49,296 bases of DNA from an uncultured cyanobacterium (GTDB lineage Bacteria; Cyanobacteriota; Cyanobacteriia; Leptolyngbyales; Leptolyngbyaceae): contig CAVYAN010000040.1 of assembly GCA_963766075.1 (NCBI GenBank), positions 1 through 49,296 of the forward strand, written 5' to 3'. Positions 40,307-49,296 of this stretch are shown one piece after another. Each line of letters opens with the position of its first letter. The stretch's first letter is position 1. The notes beneath the pieces were generated by a model, which worked only from the letters and a program-made list of their open reading frames with translations, was not told the origin of the DNA and searched no databases. Both the position numbers and the translations under genes were made by a program.

Positions 40307-41191
40307 ATGAGTAGTCACCCCAGCATTGGTTCGCCAGGTCTGCGGTCACGCTTCCGAGGGCGGATGCCTTGGGCACAGCACCTTAGCCTAGGATTCATGA
40401 CGGCCCTCAGCTTAGGGCTGGTCCCCACGCTAATCACGCCAATAGGGGTGCCCACGCTGCTCAGATTCGATAGTGTGGCCGCCGCGATGCCCGTCGAGAG
40501 TCGCCCTGCCCTCCAGAAAGGCAGCACGGGTGCCGCTGTAAAAGAGCTACAAGCAACCTTGAAACTCATGGGATGGTATCCCGGCGCAGTGGATGGGGTG
40601 TATGGAGAAGACACCGCCACCGCCGTGGCCCAGTTTCAGCGATCGACGGGATTAATTGCCGATGGCGTAGTCGGTCCAGACACCTGGAACCGCTTATTCC
40701 CAGCCAGTCCTGGGCCCACAGCCACTGGACCGACGGTACCGGCTCCAGTGCTGCCGAGCAGTGCTGCCCCCACAACTCCAAGCCTGACCACCCATGGGTT
40801 TCCCATGCCGGGAGGCAGCACTGCCCCGATCGCTCCAGGCAGTGCCCCAGCGGCAGGAACGACACCCACCGTGAGTGCCCCGACTCGGCCTCCAAGCAGC
40901 TCACCGGGAACAACCGCATCAGGAACCAGCCCCAATCCATCTCCCCGAGCAGTAACAGCGGTGCCATCCCCAGCGCCCGCAACCCTGCCCATTTTGCGGC
41001 TCGGCATGTCGGGTCCAGCCGTAGAAGGATTACAGGTTCGTTTGCAGGCGATCGGGGTCTTCCGAGGGGCCGCCGATGGTGTATTTGGGCCAGAAACCCA
41101 AACTGCCGTCAAAACAGCCCAGCGCCAACTCCAGTTAGAGCCGGATGGGGTGGTCGGCCCCTCCACCTGGATAGCCTTGCTGAAGCGTTAA
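40307..41191 (+). CDS. Peptidoglycan-binding protein (two PG_binding_1 domains, Pro/Thr linker)
   Basis: LQKGSTGAAVKELQ..DGVYGEDT..DGVVGPDTW and LRLGMSGPAVEGLQ..DGVFGPET..DGVVGPSTW. Confidence 0.88.
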   Translation: MSSHPSIGSPGLRSRFRGRMPWAQHLSLGFMTALSLGLVPTLITPIGVPTLLRFDSVAAAMPVESRPALQKGSTGAAVKELQATLKLMGWYPGAVDGVYGEDTATAVAQFQRSTGLIADGVVGPDTWNRLFPASPGPTATGPTVPAPVLPSSAAPTTPSLTTHGFPMPGGSTAPIAPGSAPAAGTTPTVSAPTRPPSSSPGTTASGTSPNPSPRAVTAVPSPAPATLPILRLGMSGPAVEGLQVRLQAIGVFRGAADGVFGPETQTAVKTAQRQLQLEPDGVVGPSTWIALLKR

Positions 41192-41460
41192 GCAGCAACG
41201 CTGAATCCGGTGACGTTACAGGTGACGCCATGGAACATCCAGGAGAATCCCAGGCCAACCCAAACGAAGCTTGACATGGAATGAAAGCAGTCGCATCAGA
41301 CCGGTTGGAGTATACTAGCCGGGGACCTTGTGCCCCTGAAGTCCCTGGTTTCTCTAAAATTGCCTGTAAATTAGGACTGCCTGTAAAAAGGATGCAGGTG
41401 CCATGATTGGCCCGATTCCTAACCCCTGACCCACCATCTTTGCCCCACCTTCGCCCCACA

Positions 41461-43008
41461 ATGACCGACTCCACCTTGCCCGCCCTGATGCAAGCCATGC
41501 TGCAACCCAGTTTCTATCCCCACAGGGTGCAGGAACCGGTGCAGTTGATCCAAACGCACGTGTCCTATGTGTTCCTGACGGGAGACTTTGTTTACAAAGT
41601 GAAGAAGCCCGTTAACTTTGGGTTTCTCGACTTTTCGACCCTGGAAAAACGCCAATATTTTTGCGGGGAAGAGGTGCGCCTGAATCAGCGGGGAGCTGGC
41701 GAGTTGTACTTGGCTGTGGTGCCGATTGTGCAAACGGGTGACCAATTTCATCTGGGAAACGCCGAAGCCATTAGTACGAGCGGGATTGTGGACTATGCCG
41801 TCAAAATGGTGCAATTCCCGGCGGGACAACTATTTAGCGATTTATCGGCACGGGATGAACTGACCGAAGCGCTGATGGTCCAGTTGGCGAAGGTGCTAGC
41901 CACATTCCACGCGACCGCGCAAAGCAACGACTACATTCGCAGTTTTGGCACTGCCGCCAAAGTGCGGATTGCCTTTGATGAGAACTATGAACAGACCCTG
42001 GGATACATCGGCGGACCCCAAACCCAGCAGCAGTTTGACGAGACAAAAGCCTACAGCGATCGCCTCTTTGATCAGTCCCCCCAACTTTTTGATCAACGCA
42101 TCCAGGCCAATAAAATTCGAGAATGCCACGGGGATGCCCACATGGGCAACATTGCCTTGTGGAACGACAAGATCCTGCTGTTCGACTGTATTGAATTTAA
42201 TGAGCCCTTTCGCTTTGTCGATGTCATGTACGATGTCGCATTTGCGACCATGGACCTGGATGCCCGCGATCGCCCCGATTTGGGGAATGCCTTCCTCAAT
42301 GCCTATTTAGAACAAACGGGTGATTGGGAAGGACTCAAGGTGTTGCCCCTATACCTGAGTCGGCAAGCCTATGTGCGGGCCAAAGTCACCTCTTTTCTCT
42401 TAAACGATCCCACCATTCCCGATGATGTCAAGGCCAAGGCCACTCAAACCGCTAGCAGCTACTACCGCCAAGCCTGGGGCTACACCCAAGCCCGATCTGG
42501 GGCCTTAATTGTCATGTCGGGATTATCCGGCTCAGGGAAAAGTACTGTGGCCCGTCAGATCGCGCGCCAGCAGCGGGCGATTCACCTACGTTCCGATGCC
42601 ATCCGCAAACACCTCGCGGGCATGCCCCTGGAAGCGAAAGGTGGACCGGAACTGTACACTCCCGAAATGACTCAAAAAACCTACGATCGCCTGCTCAATC
42701 TGGGCCTCGTCCTAGCCCAGCAAGGCTTCACCGTCATTCTAGACGCGAAATACGATCGCCAAGCCCTCCGGCAAGCGGCGATCGACCAAGCCCAATTTCA
42801 CCATCTCCCCCTGCAAATCCTCCACTGCACCGCCCCCCATGACGTTTTGCATCAGCGGCTCACCCAACGCACGGGCGACATTTCCGATGCCACTGCCAAC
42901 CTCTTGCCCCAGCAAAGTCTGGAGCCCTTTACGGCAACCGAGCAAGGTTTTGTTAAAACCATCGATACAACCCAGGAAATCAATGCACAATTGAGCCAGA
43001 ACGGCTAA
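41461..43008 (+). CDS. Aminoglycoside-phosphotransferase-like / P-loop kinase fusion protein
   Basis: IQTHVSYVFL, YKVKKPV, RECHGDAHMGN, FDCIEFN, then MSGLSGSGKST and LRSDAIRK. Confidence 0.88.
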   Translation: MTDSTLPALMQAMLQPSFYPHRVQEPVQLIQTHVSYVFLTGDFVYKVKKPVNFGFLDFSTLEKRQYFCGEEVRLNQRGAGELYLAVVPIVQTGDQFHLGNAEAISTSGIVDYAVKMVQFPAGQLFSDLSARDELTEALMVQLAKVLATFHATAQSNDYIRSFGTAAKVRIAFDENYEQTLGYIGGPQTQQQFDETKAYSDRLFDQSPQLFDQRIQANKIRECHGDAHMGNIALWNDKILLFDCIEFNEPFRFVDVMYDVAFATMDLDARDRPDLGNAFLNAYLEQTGDWEGLKVLPLYLSRQAYVRAKVTSFLLNDPTIPDDVKAKATQTASSYYRQAWGYTQARSGALIVMSGLSGSGKSTVARQIARQQRAIHLRSDAIRKHLAGMPLEAKGGPELYTPEMTQKTYDRLLNLGLVLAQQGFTVILDAKYDRQALRQAAIDQAQFHHLPLQILHCTAPHDVLHQRLTQRTGDISDATANLLPQQSLEPFTATEQGFVKTIDTTQEINAQLSQNG

Positions 43009-43106
43009 GTAATGCCAACTCGGCCTAGCCGCAGCAGGCAGCAACCCCAAATTCGCTCGTCCATCGGCGCATAGCGCAACCCAAATCTGCACCCTAGACT
43101 CCCCCT

Positions 43107-43478
43107 ATGCCAAGAGAAACACGACCCAAACCCGACGGCTGGGACGGCTTTACCACCGGACTCACGCACTGGCTGCTGTTTATGCTGGCGTTTACGGCCC
43201 TGGGCTATTCGCCATTTTTAAGTATTACCTTTGGCGCGATTGGAGGGATTGCCTCAGCGGTGATTACCGATTGGCTTAAGGGCGGGGCGATCAAGGTCAG
43301 CTCGCTGCCCACCCGCACAATGCCCGACGCCGCGGAAAAAGCCAAGCGCATTCCACCCTTTCGGCAGCGGGTGATGGGTCGGAAGCGGCGTAAAACTCGA
43401 TCTCAGCGGCGGTTTGGCTGGTTATTTCAGAAAACTCAAGGGATCCGGTGGCCCGGTCAGGCGAAGGGACGGAATTAA
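43107..43478 (+). CDS. Small hypothetical membrane protein
   Basis: Two hydrophobic segments followed by a basic tail; fills the gap between co-oriented genes. Confidence 0.6.
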   Translation: MPRETRPKPDGWDGFTTGLTHWLLFMLAFTALGYSPFLSITFGAIGGIASAVITDWLKGGAIKVSSLPTRTMPDAAEKAKRIPPFRQRVMGRKRRKTRSQRRFGWLFQKTQGIRWPGQAKGRN

Positions 43479-43547
43479 GATTGTTGGCGGTTCGGCCAGG
43501 TTCTATCTATCTACCCCTAGGATGGATGGGGCCTATCGTGGATTGCT

Positions 43548-45023
43548 ATGCCGACCCGTCCTTACCTGTTCTACGCTTTGACGAATAGCCTCTGTTCGCA
43601 ATGTTTGACGAAAGTTGAGGCGAAAATCATCTTCCGCAATGATTGCGTTTACTTGATCAAGCATTGTCTAGCCCATGGGCGTGAAGAAGTCTTAATCGCT
43701 GACGATGTTGAGTATTACAAGCTGTGCCAAGAGTTTATTAAGCCCGGAGACATGCCGCTCCGATTCAATACACCGATTAAACAGGGCTGTCCCTACGACT
43801 GTGGCCTATGTCCCGATCATGAACAGCACGGGTGCTTGACCTTGGTGGAGGTCAGCGATCGCTGCAATCTAGCCTGTCCCATTTGCTATGCCGATTCGGG
43901 TCCCGAACTGCGCCATTCTGCCGCAGGGGAACCGAATCCTGTGCAAGGGCCACGTCGTCATCGCACTTTGGCGCAAATTGAGCAGATGTTGGACAATATC
44001 GTCGCCAACGAGGGCGAACCGGACATCGTGCAGATTAGCGGGGGGGAACCGACGATTCATCCCGAGTTTTTTCAAATTTTGGACCTAGCCAAGTCAAAAC
44101 CGATTAAGCATTTATTTATCAATACCAACGGCATTCGGATTGCTACCGATCGCGAATTTGTCAAACGGCTGAGTCAGTACATGCCGGGAATTGAGGTCTA
44201 CCTACAGTTTGATAGCTTTGAGGCAGCGGCCTTGGCAGAACTGCGGGGGGTAGATTTGCGATCGCACCGAGAAAAGGCGATCGCTCACCTCAACGAATTC
44301 AACATTTCCACCACCCTGGTAGTCACGGTCAAAAAAGGACTCAACGATCACGAAATTGGCAAAATTATCGACTATGGTTTGCAGCAAAACTGTGTTCGTG
44401 GCGTGACGTTTCAACCCATCCAAGTGGCCGGTCGATTAGAGCAATTTGACCCTAGGCACGATCGCTATACCCTGACCGAGGTCCGCCGTGCCATTCTGGC
44501 CCAAAGTCCCCATTTTCAGCCCCAGGATTTGCTGCCCGTGCCCTGCCATCCCGACTGTTTGGCCATGGCCTATGCCTTGAAAGTTAACGGCACCGTGATC
44601 CCACTCACGGGCCTGCTGGACCCCACAGCCTTCCTGAAGGTGATGCCCAATTCCGTGCTGTATGAGCAGAACGAAACCTTGAAGGAAAACATCTTTAAGC
44701 TGTTTTCGACCAATCACTCACCGCTGTCTTCCGTGGCCACTTTAAAGCAGCTACTCTGTTGTCTGCCCTTGGTCAATGTCCCCCAAGGCTTAACCTATGA
44801 GAATGTGTTTCGCGTAATGATTGTCCAGTTCTTAGATGCCTTCAACTTTGATGTCCGTTCCGTGAAGCGATCGTGCATTCATATTGCCCATCCCGATGGC
44901 AGAATTATTCCCTTCGACACCTACAACCTCTTTTATCGAGAGGGCAGTCAAGGGCATCACTTAGTATCCCCTGCCCTAGTCCCCCCTCCCGCCGTCGTAT
45001 CCTCTACTGAACAAGCTACTTAA
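43548..45023 (+). CDS. Radical SAM protein of the MJ0619 / tetraether synthase (Tes, GDGT-MAS)-like family
   Basis: CSQC...CLAHG, CPYDCGLCPDH, CNLACPIC, SGGEPT, HPDC, KRSCIH..PDGRIIPFDTYN. Confidence 0.85.
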   Translation: MPTRPYLFYALTNSLCSQCLTKVEAKIIFRNDCVYLIKHCLAHGREEVLIADDVEYYKLCQEFIKPGDMPLRFNTPIKQGCPYDCGLCPDHEQHGCLTLVEVSDRCNLACPICYADSGPELRHSAAGEPNPVQGPRRHRTLAQIEQMLDNIVANEGEPDIVQISGGEPTIHPEFFQILDLAKSKPIKHLFINTNGIRIATDREFVKRLSQYMPGIEVYLQFDSFEAAALAELRGVDLRSHREKAIAHLNEFNISTTLVVTVKKGLNDHEIGKIIDYGLQQNCVRGVTFQPIQVAGRLEQFDPRHDRYTLTEVRRAILAQSPHFQPQDLLPVPCHPDCLAMAYALKVNGTVIPLTGLLDPTAFLKVMPNSVLYEQNETLKENIFKLFSTNHSPLSSVATLKQLLCCLPLVNVPQGLTYENVFRVMIVQFLDAFNFDVRSVKRSCIHIAHPDGRIIPFDTYNLFYREGSQGHHLVSPALVPPPAVVSSTEQAT

Positions 45024-45333
45024 GAGGCACAAAGGGAAAGAAGGTCTTCAGGAATTTCCGAAGTTTGAGTAAGTTAACCGTCTTTTCCACGCCTCGGGAA
45101 ACCTGCGGGGGCTGCGGGGGCACGGTAGCCCAAGCCGCTTGCAGTTCGGCATACTCGGCGGCACTGAGGGGTTTCCCATCAATGGGCGATCGCGCTCCCA
45201 GAATAATCTCCGTCCGCAATACTTCTTCTGGCAGATCTTCCGGCGGCGGCAAGGCCACAGCAGGCCAAGCGATCGTCAGCGCCCCGCCCAAACAGAACAC
45301 CCACAGCCCAAACGGATAAAGCCTTTGATTCAT
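45016..45333 (-). CDS. Conserved hypothetical exported protein
   Basis: Signal peptide ending AVA-LPPPEDLPEEVLRTEII..ARSPIDGKPLSAAEY; co-oriented after the GST gene. Confidence 0.7.
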   Translation of the reverse strand: MNQRLYPFGLWVFCLGGALTIAWPAVALPPPEDLPEEVLRTEIILGARSPIDGKPLSAAEYAELQAAWATVPPQPPQVSRGVEKTVNLLKLRKFLKTFFPFVPLK

Positions 45334-45383
45334 CTAACACCTGCCCAGAAAAAAGATCCATCGCAAAATCTAAAATCTAAAAT

Positions 45384-46052
45384 TCAAAGCCCCGGCGGCA
45401 AGAGTTCTCCACACTGATGATGGATTTCCACAATGCGCGTGAATAGCCACGGATGCGCGTGACGATAGCTGGGAATCAAGGCCAGCGGGCTGAGGAGAGC
45501 GGCAGCGGCAATATCTGCCACGGAGAGGCCATCACCCACGAGATAAGATTGGGCTTGCCAATGGTAGCCCAGTTCCGTGAGGGCGATCGCCAACTGCTGG
45601 GTCGCCAATTCTACAGTCACCGGATTAATCTTTTGCTGCCAACGCACCACATTAATCACCATCTGGGCTTGCAGGGATGGGTTGATGGACTTGCCCGCTC
45701 CTGCTCGAAAATCATAGTAGACAAACCGCGCCGCTATGCCAATACTCTCGTCCAGCCAATCCTCGATCATCTGCGCCCGACTTTGCAACATGGCGTCCTT
45801 CAATGTCAGAGCCGGCTCGGGATAATGGGTGTCGAGAAAACGCAGAATCCGCGTGGAGTCCGCGATCGCCACGGAGGTTCCTGGGCCTTCGGGTAACAGT
45901 ACAGGAACCGTTGTCAGCCCAGTCAAGGGTTTGAGCCTAAGAGCGTGCAGGCCCGGAGTTAAGTTCTCCACGGTAAATGGAATTTTCTTATAGCCCAAGG
46001 CAAGGCGGACTTTGCGGCAGTAGTGGGAGGTGCTGAACTGGAGCAGGTGCAT
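45384..46052 (-). CDS. Glutathione S-transferase family protein
   Basis: SHYCRKVRLAL, TVPVL, DSTRILRFLD, YLVGDGLSVADIAAA. Confidence 0.92.
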   Translation of the reverse strand: MHLLQFSTSHYCRKVRLALGYKKIPFTVENLTPGLHALRLKPLTGLTTVPVLLPEGPGTSVAIADSTRILRFLDTHYPEPALTLKDAMLQSRAQMIEDWLDESIGIAARFVYYDFRAGAGKSINPSLQAQMVINVVRWQQKINPVTVELATQQLAIALTELGYHWQAQSYLVGDGLSVADIAAAALLSPLALIPSYRHAHPWLFTRIVEIHHQCGELLPPGL

Positions 46053-46130
46053 GGGGTTCCTCGGCAATGGCTTTCTACTCCAACTGTCGCAGTTCATCGA
46101 CAGTCAGTCCAGTGGCTTGGGCAAGGGTAT

Positions 46131-46925
46131 CTAGGTCAAGGAAGCCCGGTCGAGGAGACCCGGTCGAACCTCATCCCCCACGCGCAGCACCTTGCCCATT
46201 TGCCCCACGGCGCGGGTATTGACAGCTAGCCGATAAAAATGATTGAACGGTGCTGGATCAATGCCATCGGGTAAGGTTTCCCGCCGCTTGGCACCAAATA
46301 CTTTTTGAAAATTCGGCGTGGGAGTGCCCGTGATGGCATCCCGCGTAGGCACAATACAGCGCTGGCAGGGATTGATCCCCAAAAATTCCACTCCGCCAAT
46401 CTGAAAAGCTACAGGCGGTGTGCCAAACAAATGATCTTCCCAAAAGGCTGGACAATCGGTGATTTCTAGATTTGTCCGAAACCGCGATCGCGCCCCCGCC
46501 ACATCCATACCCACAAACCACTGGCTTACCAGGGCCAATGTCTCGGTACTGATCACCGTCGGCCCTGGCGACTGGGGATCATCCGGAAAGCCCATCTCCG
46601 TGTTGCGCACCATCTGTACGGAAAATCCAAAGTACTCGCTCAGCCAGGTTTCCAGAGCGCCGAGATCGCCCAACCCGTCAAATTGCTCAGTTCTGCCCGT
46701 GGCCTGGACTGCCAGCGTCACCCTTTGAGCCTCTAGATCAAAGGTAGCGCGGAGGCCATGTACCAACGGCGTCCGTTTACCATTGACGAACTGGCCCTGT
46801 CGATCCACAATTGCCCACTCGCGATCGCCCTGCAATGCCCCACTGGCCAATAGCGTAGCTTCCGGCACCGCCACCCCATCCAAGGACTTGATGGGATACA
46901 GTAAAATCCGACTCAGGCGCGGCAT
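46131..46925 (-). CDS. MOSC-domain protein
   Basis: LYPIKSLDG, DREWAI, RFRTNL, PCQRCIVPTRD, LRVGD. Confidence 0.92.
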   Translation of the reverse strand: MPRLSRILLYPIKSLDGVAVPEATLLASGALQGDREWAIVDRQGQFVNGKRTPLVHGLRATFDLEAQRVTLAVQATGRTEQFDGLGDLGALETWLSEYFGFSVQMVRNTEMGFPDDPQSPGPTVISTETLALVSQWFVGMDVAGARSRFRTNLEITDCPAFWEDHLFGTPPVAFQIGGVEFLGINPCQRCIVPTRDAITGTPTPNFQKVFGAKRRETLPDGIDPAPFNHFYRLAVNTRAVGQMGKVLRVGDEVRPGLLDRASLT

Positions 46926-47048
46926 TAACCTTCCTCCAGACAAGGGCAGATGCAATCCTAGACGCCCCAATTATAGATTGACAATTAGTAGTACATTGAT
47001 CAGTGGTTCAGATCAAGCGGTTCAGATCCATCAATTTAGATCAGCTTA

Positions 47049-47169
47049 GGTGATTTCCGACAATTAATGTACCTGCTAGCTTCGGCTCCGCTCAGCCAGC
47101 GAGAGATTGCTCCCTGAGCGAAGTCGAAGGAAACAATCTCGGTCGGTATAATTTTTCCTGGAAATCGCC
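47049..47169. mobile_element. MITE, 121 bp, with TTA target-site duplication
   Basis: TTA-GGTGATTTCC...GGAAATCGCC-TTA; internal hairpin CTTCGGCTCCGCTCAG...CTGAGCGAAGTCGAAG as in the 15793 copy. Confidence 0.8.
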
Positions 47170-47233
47170 TTAGATCCGCTGATCGGCACAACAGATCGGT
47201 ACAAATCGTTTAGTGATTTTAAGGACACAACCC

Positions 47234-47944
47234 ATGACCTCAGGTATTGACCCGGTAAAGTTAATGAAACAACAAGTCGCCGCTGCTGCCGCTGCGCGGG
47301 TGCAGTCGGGAGCCATCGTGGGACTGGGCACCGGGTCAACTACAGCCCTCGCCATCGAAGCCCTTGGCGAACGCCTCAAATCTGGCGACCTCAAGGATAT
47401 CAAAGGCATTCCCACTTCGTTTCAAGCGATTGTTCTAGCCCGCCAGTTTGGCATCCCCTTGGTCACCTTGGATGAGGTGGATCATATTGATGTGGCGATC
47501 GATGGCGCCGATGAAGTAGACCCCCAGAAAAACCTAATCAAGGGCGGTGGCGCGGCCCATACCCAGGAAAAAATCGTTGATTCCTTAGCGGATCAATTCA
47601 TCGTCGTTGTTGATGGGACCAAATTAGTCGAGCATCTAGGCTCCACCTTCCTCCTGCCGGTTGAAGTGATTCCCATGGCAGTGACTCCAGTGATGCGGGC
47701 GATCGCCAAACTGGGCGGCAAACCTGAGCTGCGCATGGGCATTAAAAAAGCCGGTCCTGTGGTTACCGACCAGGGCAATCTGGTGATTGATGTCAAATTT
47801 GACCGCATTGATGACCCAGCAGCCCTCGAACTCACCCTCAACAACATCCCCGGCGTGCTGGAAAATGGGCTATTCGTCAACGTTGCCGACGTCGTTTTAA
47901 TTGGCGAAATCAAAGACGGGCAGCCGATTGTCCGAGAAATGTAG
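47234..47944 (+). CDS. rpiA: Ribose-5-phosphate isomerase A
   Basis: [41 protein letters not shown]. Confidence 0.97.
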   Translation: MTSGIDPVKLMKQQVAAAAAARVQSGAIVGLGTGSTTALAIEALGERLKSGDLKDIKGIPTSFQAIVLARQFGIPLVTLDEVDHIDVAIDGADEVDPQKNLIKGGGAAHTQEKIVDSLADQFIVVVDGTKLVEHLGSTFLLPVEVIPMAVTPVMRAIAKLGGKPELRMGIKKAGPVVTDQGNLVIDVKFDRIDDPAALELTLNNIPGVLENGLFVNVADVVLIGEIKDGQPIVREM

Positions 47945-47979
47945 ATTGTCCAAGAAATATAGGTTGTCCAAGAAATATA
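47926..47979. repeat. 3 x 18-bp tandem duplication of the rpiA 3' end
   Basis: GATTGTCCGAGAAATGTA / GATTGTCCAAGAAATATA / GGTTGTCCAAGAAATATA. Confidence 0.85.
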
Positions 47980-47990
47980 GAATTTCAGCC

Positions 47991-48028
47991 AAAAATAGGG
48001 GCTTTGCCGGAGTCAAGCCCCTATTTTT
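47991..48028. terminator. Bidirectional intrinsic terminator
   Basis: AAAAATAGGGGCTT...AAGCCCCTATTTTT between the convergent rpiA and FG-GAP genes. Confidence 0.8.
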
Positions 48029-48153
48029 ATTCTCATAACGCTGTCAATCCGATCTCGTCAATACCCTGAAATAGATCAGCAGGGTAATGCTGTTGCAGCA
48101 TCCCGCCACTCTAGCACTCCCCAAAGCGGCATCAAGGCTACATCAAGATCAAA

Positions 48154-49296
48154 TTAAGACTGTGAGATCGGGCTAAACGGTGTCAGCGGCACCTCCGTGA
48201 TATCCTCGTTCAAGGCAGGCTCCACCAAATACCAGCGGAACAGCAAACGGTTGGGTCCCACCGATTGCGGATCGCCCACAGGAACAGTTTCCTGCCCACT
48301 GAACACCCCATTGGGGCCGCCGTTGTTTTCAAAGTTGGTGATCGCTTGAGCAGTGGTTGCCCCCGTAGGCAGATTGGCGATCGCCCCATTCTGAATGACC
48401 CACACCCCATTTTTGGCCCGATTGACCAAATCATTCACATCCGTATTCCGCCAGAAGATATCCGTCGTGCCATCACCATTGAAATCGGCTAACGCAAAAT
48501 TCCAGTCCCCGTTAGTTGTGCTGTAGTAGGTACTCAGGGCTGGCAAATCAGACTTCGAGGCAATAGTCGTACCATTAATCAGCCAAATTTGATTCTGCCC
48601 ATCGCCATTCTCTGGCGTTCCGCCCGTTCTCACCGCATTGCGCCACAGAAAGTCCGTTTTCTTATCGCCATTGAAATCCCCAAATTCATAGGTCCAATCC
48701 AGGGGCACCGCATCCAGCAAATTAGTGCTGGCAATCTGGGCCCCATTCATCAGCCAAATAGAATTAGCCCCCACAGGCAAGTTATAGAGCGTGTCCGTTC
48801 GGCCATTTTCTCCATTCCGCCAAAACAGATCGGTCTTGCCATCCCCATTAAAGTCACCAATTTTATAGTCCCAACTCAGATCCAAGCGGGTAATTTGTTG
48901 GTCATCAATTTTAGTGGTGCCATTCATCAACCAGATATAGTTCCGCCCCGTTTCCGGCACCCCTTCACCCTCAAATCGCCAGAAGAGATCGGTCTTGCCA
49001 TCCCCGTTAAAATCACCAAACGTATACTCATAGCCCGCTGGAGTTTGACCAATAATCGGCTGCGAGACGACCGTCCGCCCATCCATGAGCCAAATCGCAT
49101 TTTGTCCGTAGGTCGCTTCGCTTGTAGGCTGGTTCACGTTGCGCCAGAACAAATCGGTTTTGCCATCACCATTGAAATCAGTCAAATCAACGGTCCAAGT
49201 AATCGGAATATTAAAGATGGGTCCTCCCCCTGACGTATCTAGCCAAATGGCTGTGTCCCCAGAAGTATTATTACGCCAGAAGAAATCGGTCTTTTT
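48154..49296 (-). CDS. FG-GAP/VCBS-repeat protein (5' end outside the window)
   Basis: Repeated (G)DFNGDGKTDLFWR..G.N.IWLMNG units; frame stays open to the window edge (KKTDFFWRNNTSGDTAIW...). Confidence 0.9.
   Translation of the reverse strand, partial: KKTDFFWRNNTSGDTAIWLDTSGGGPIFNIPITWTVDLTDFNGDGKTDLFWRNVNQPTSEATYGQNAIWLMDGRTVVSQPIIGQTPAGYEYTFGDFNGDGKTDLFWRFEGEGVPETGRNYIWLMNGTTKIDDQQITRLDLSWDYKIGDFNGDGKTDLFWRNGENGRTDTLYNLPVGANSIWLMNGAQIASTNLLDAVPLDWTYEFGDFNGDKKTDFLWRNAVRTGGTPENGDGQNQIWLINGTTIASKSDLPALSTYYSTTNGDWNFALADFNGDGTTDIFWRNTDVNDLVNRAKNGVWVIQNGAIANLPTGATTAQAITNFENNGGPNGVFSGQETVPVGDPQSVGPNRLLFRWYLVEPALNEDITEVPLTPFSPISQS

Overview
Cyanobacterial chromosomal segment: the HIP1 octamer GCGATCGC is frequent, and ndhS, coaD-cdv3 and cyanobacterial-type dispersed palindromic repeats are present. 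The first ~14.3 kb is an accessory surface-protein island. It holds a VapBC-type toxin-antitoxin pair, three filamentous-haemagglutinin-like TpsA genes, one TpsB (ShlB/FhaC) transporter, one intact Rpn-family nuclease gene and two Rpn-like relics. The TpsA genes share related N-termini and a near-identical Cys-containing C-terminal module around divergent AT-rich cores. The rest is mostly core genes (tldE/pmbA-like, pgk, usp, ylqF, UvrD-like helicase, LabA/NYN, cdv3, coaD, ndhS, rodA, mrp, 7TM-HD hydrolase, GST, MOSC, rpiA, partial FG-GAP protein). It also contains a copper locus (DUF305-CopB-DUF305) behind a MerR-type operator/promoter, a tetraether-synthase (Tes)-like radical SAM protein, an ACP-like protein lacking the pantetheine serine, a papain-like orphan, nested MITEs with 3-bp target duplications and several unexplained tandem arrays. 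Many genes carry single-base frameshifts, most plausibly assembly errors. All family calls are from motif recognition by eye; no database searches were run.
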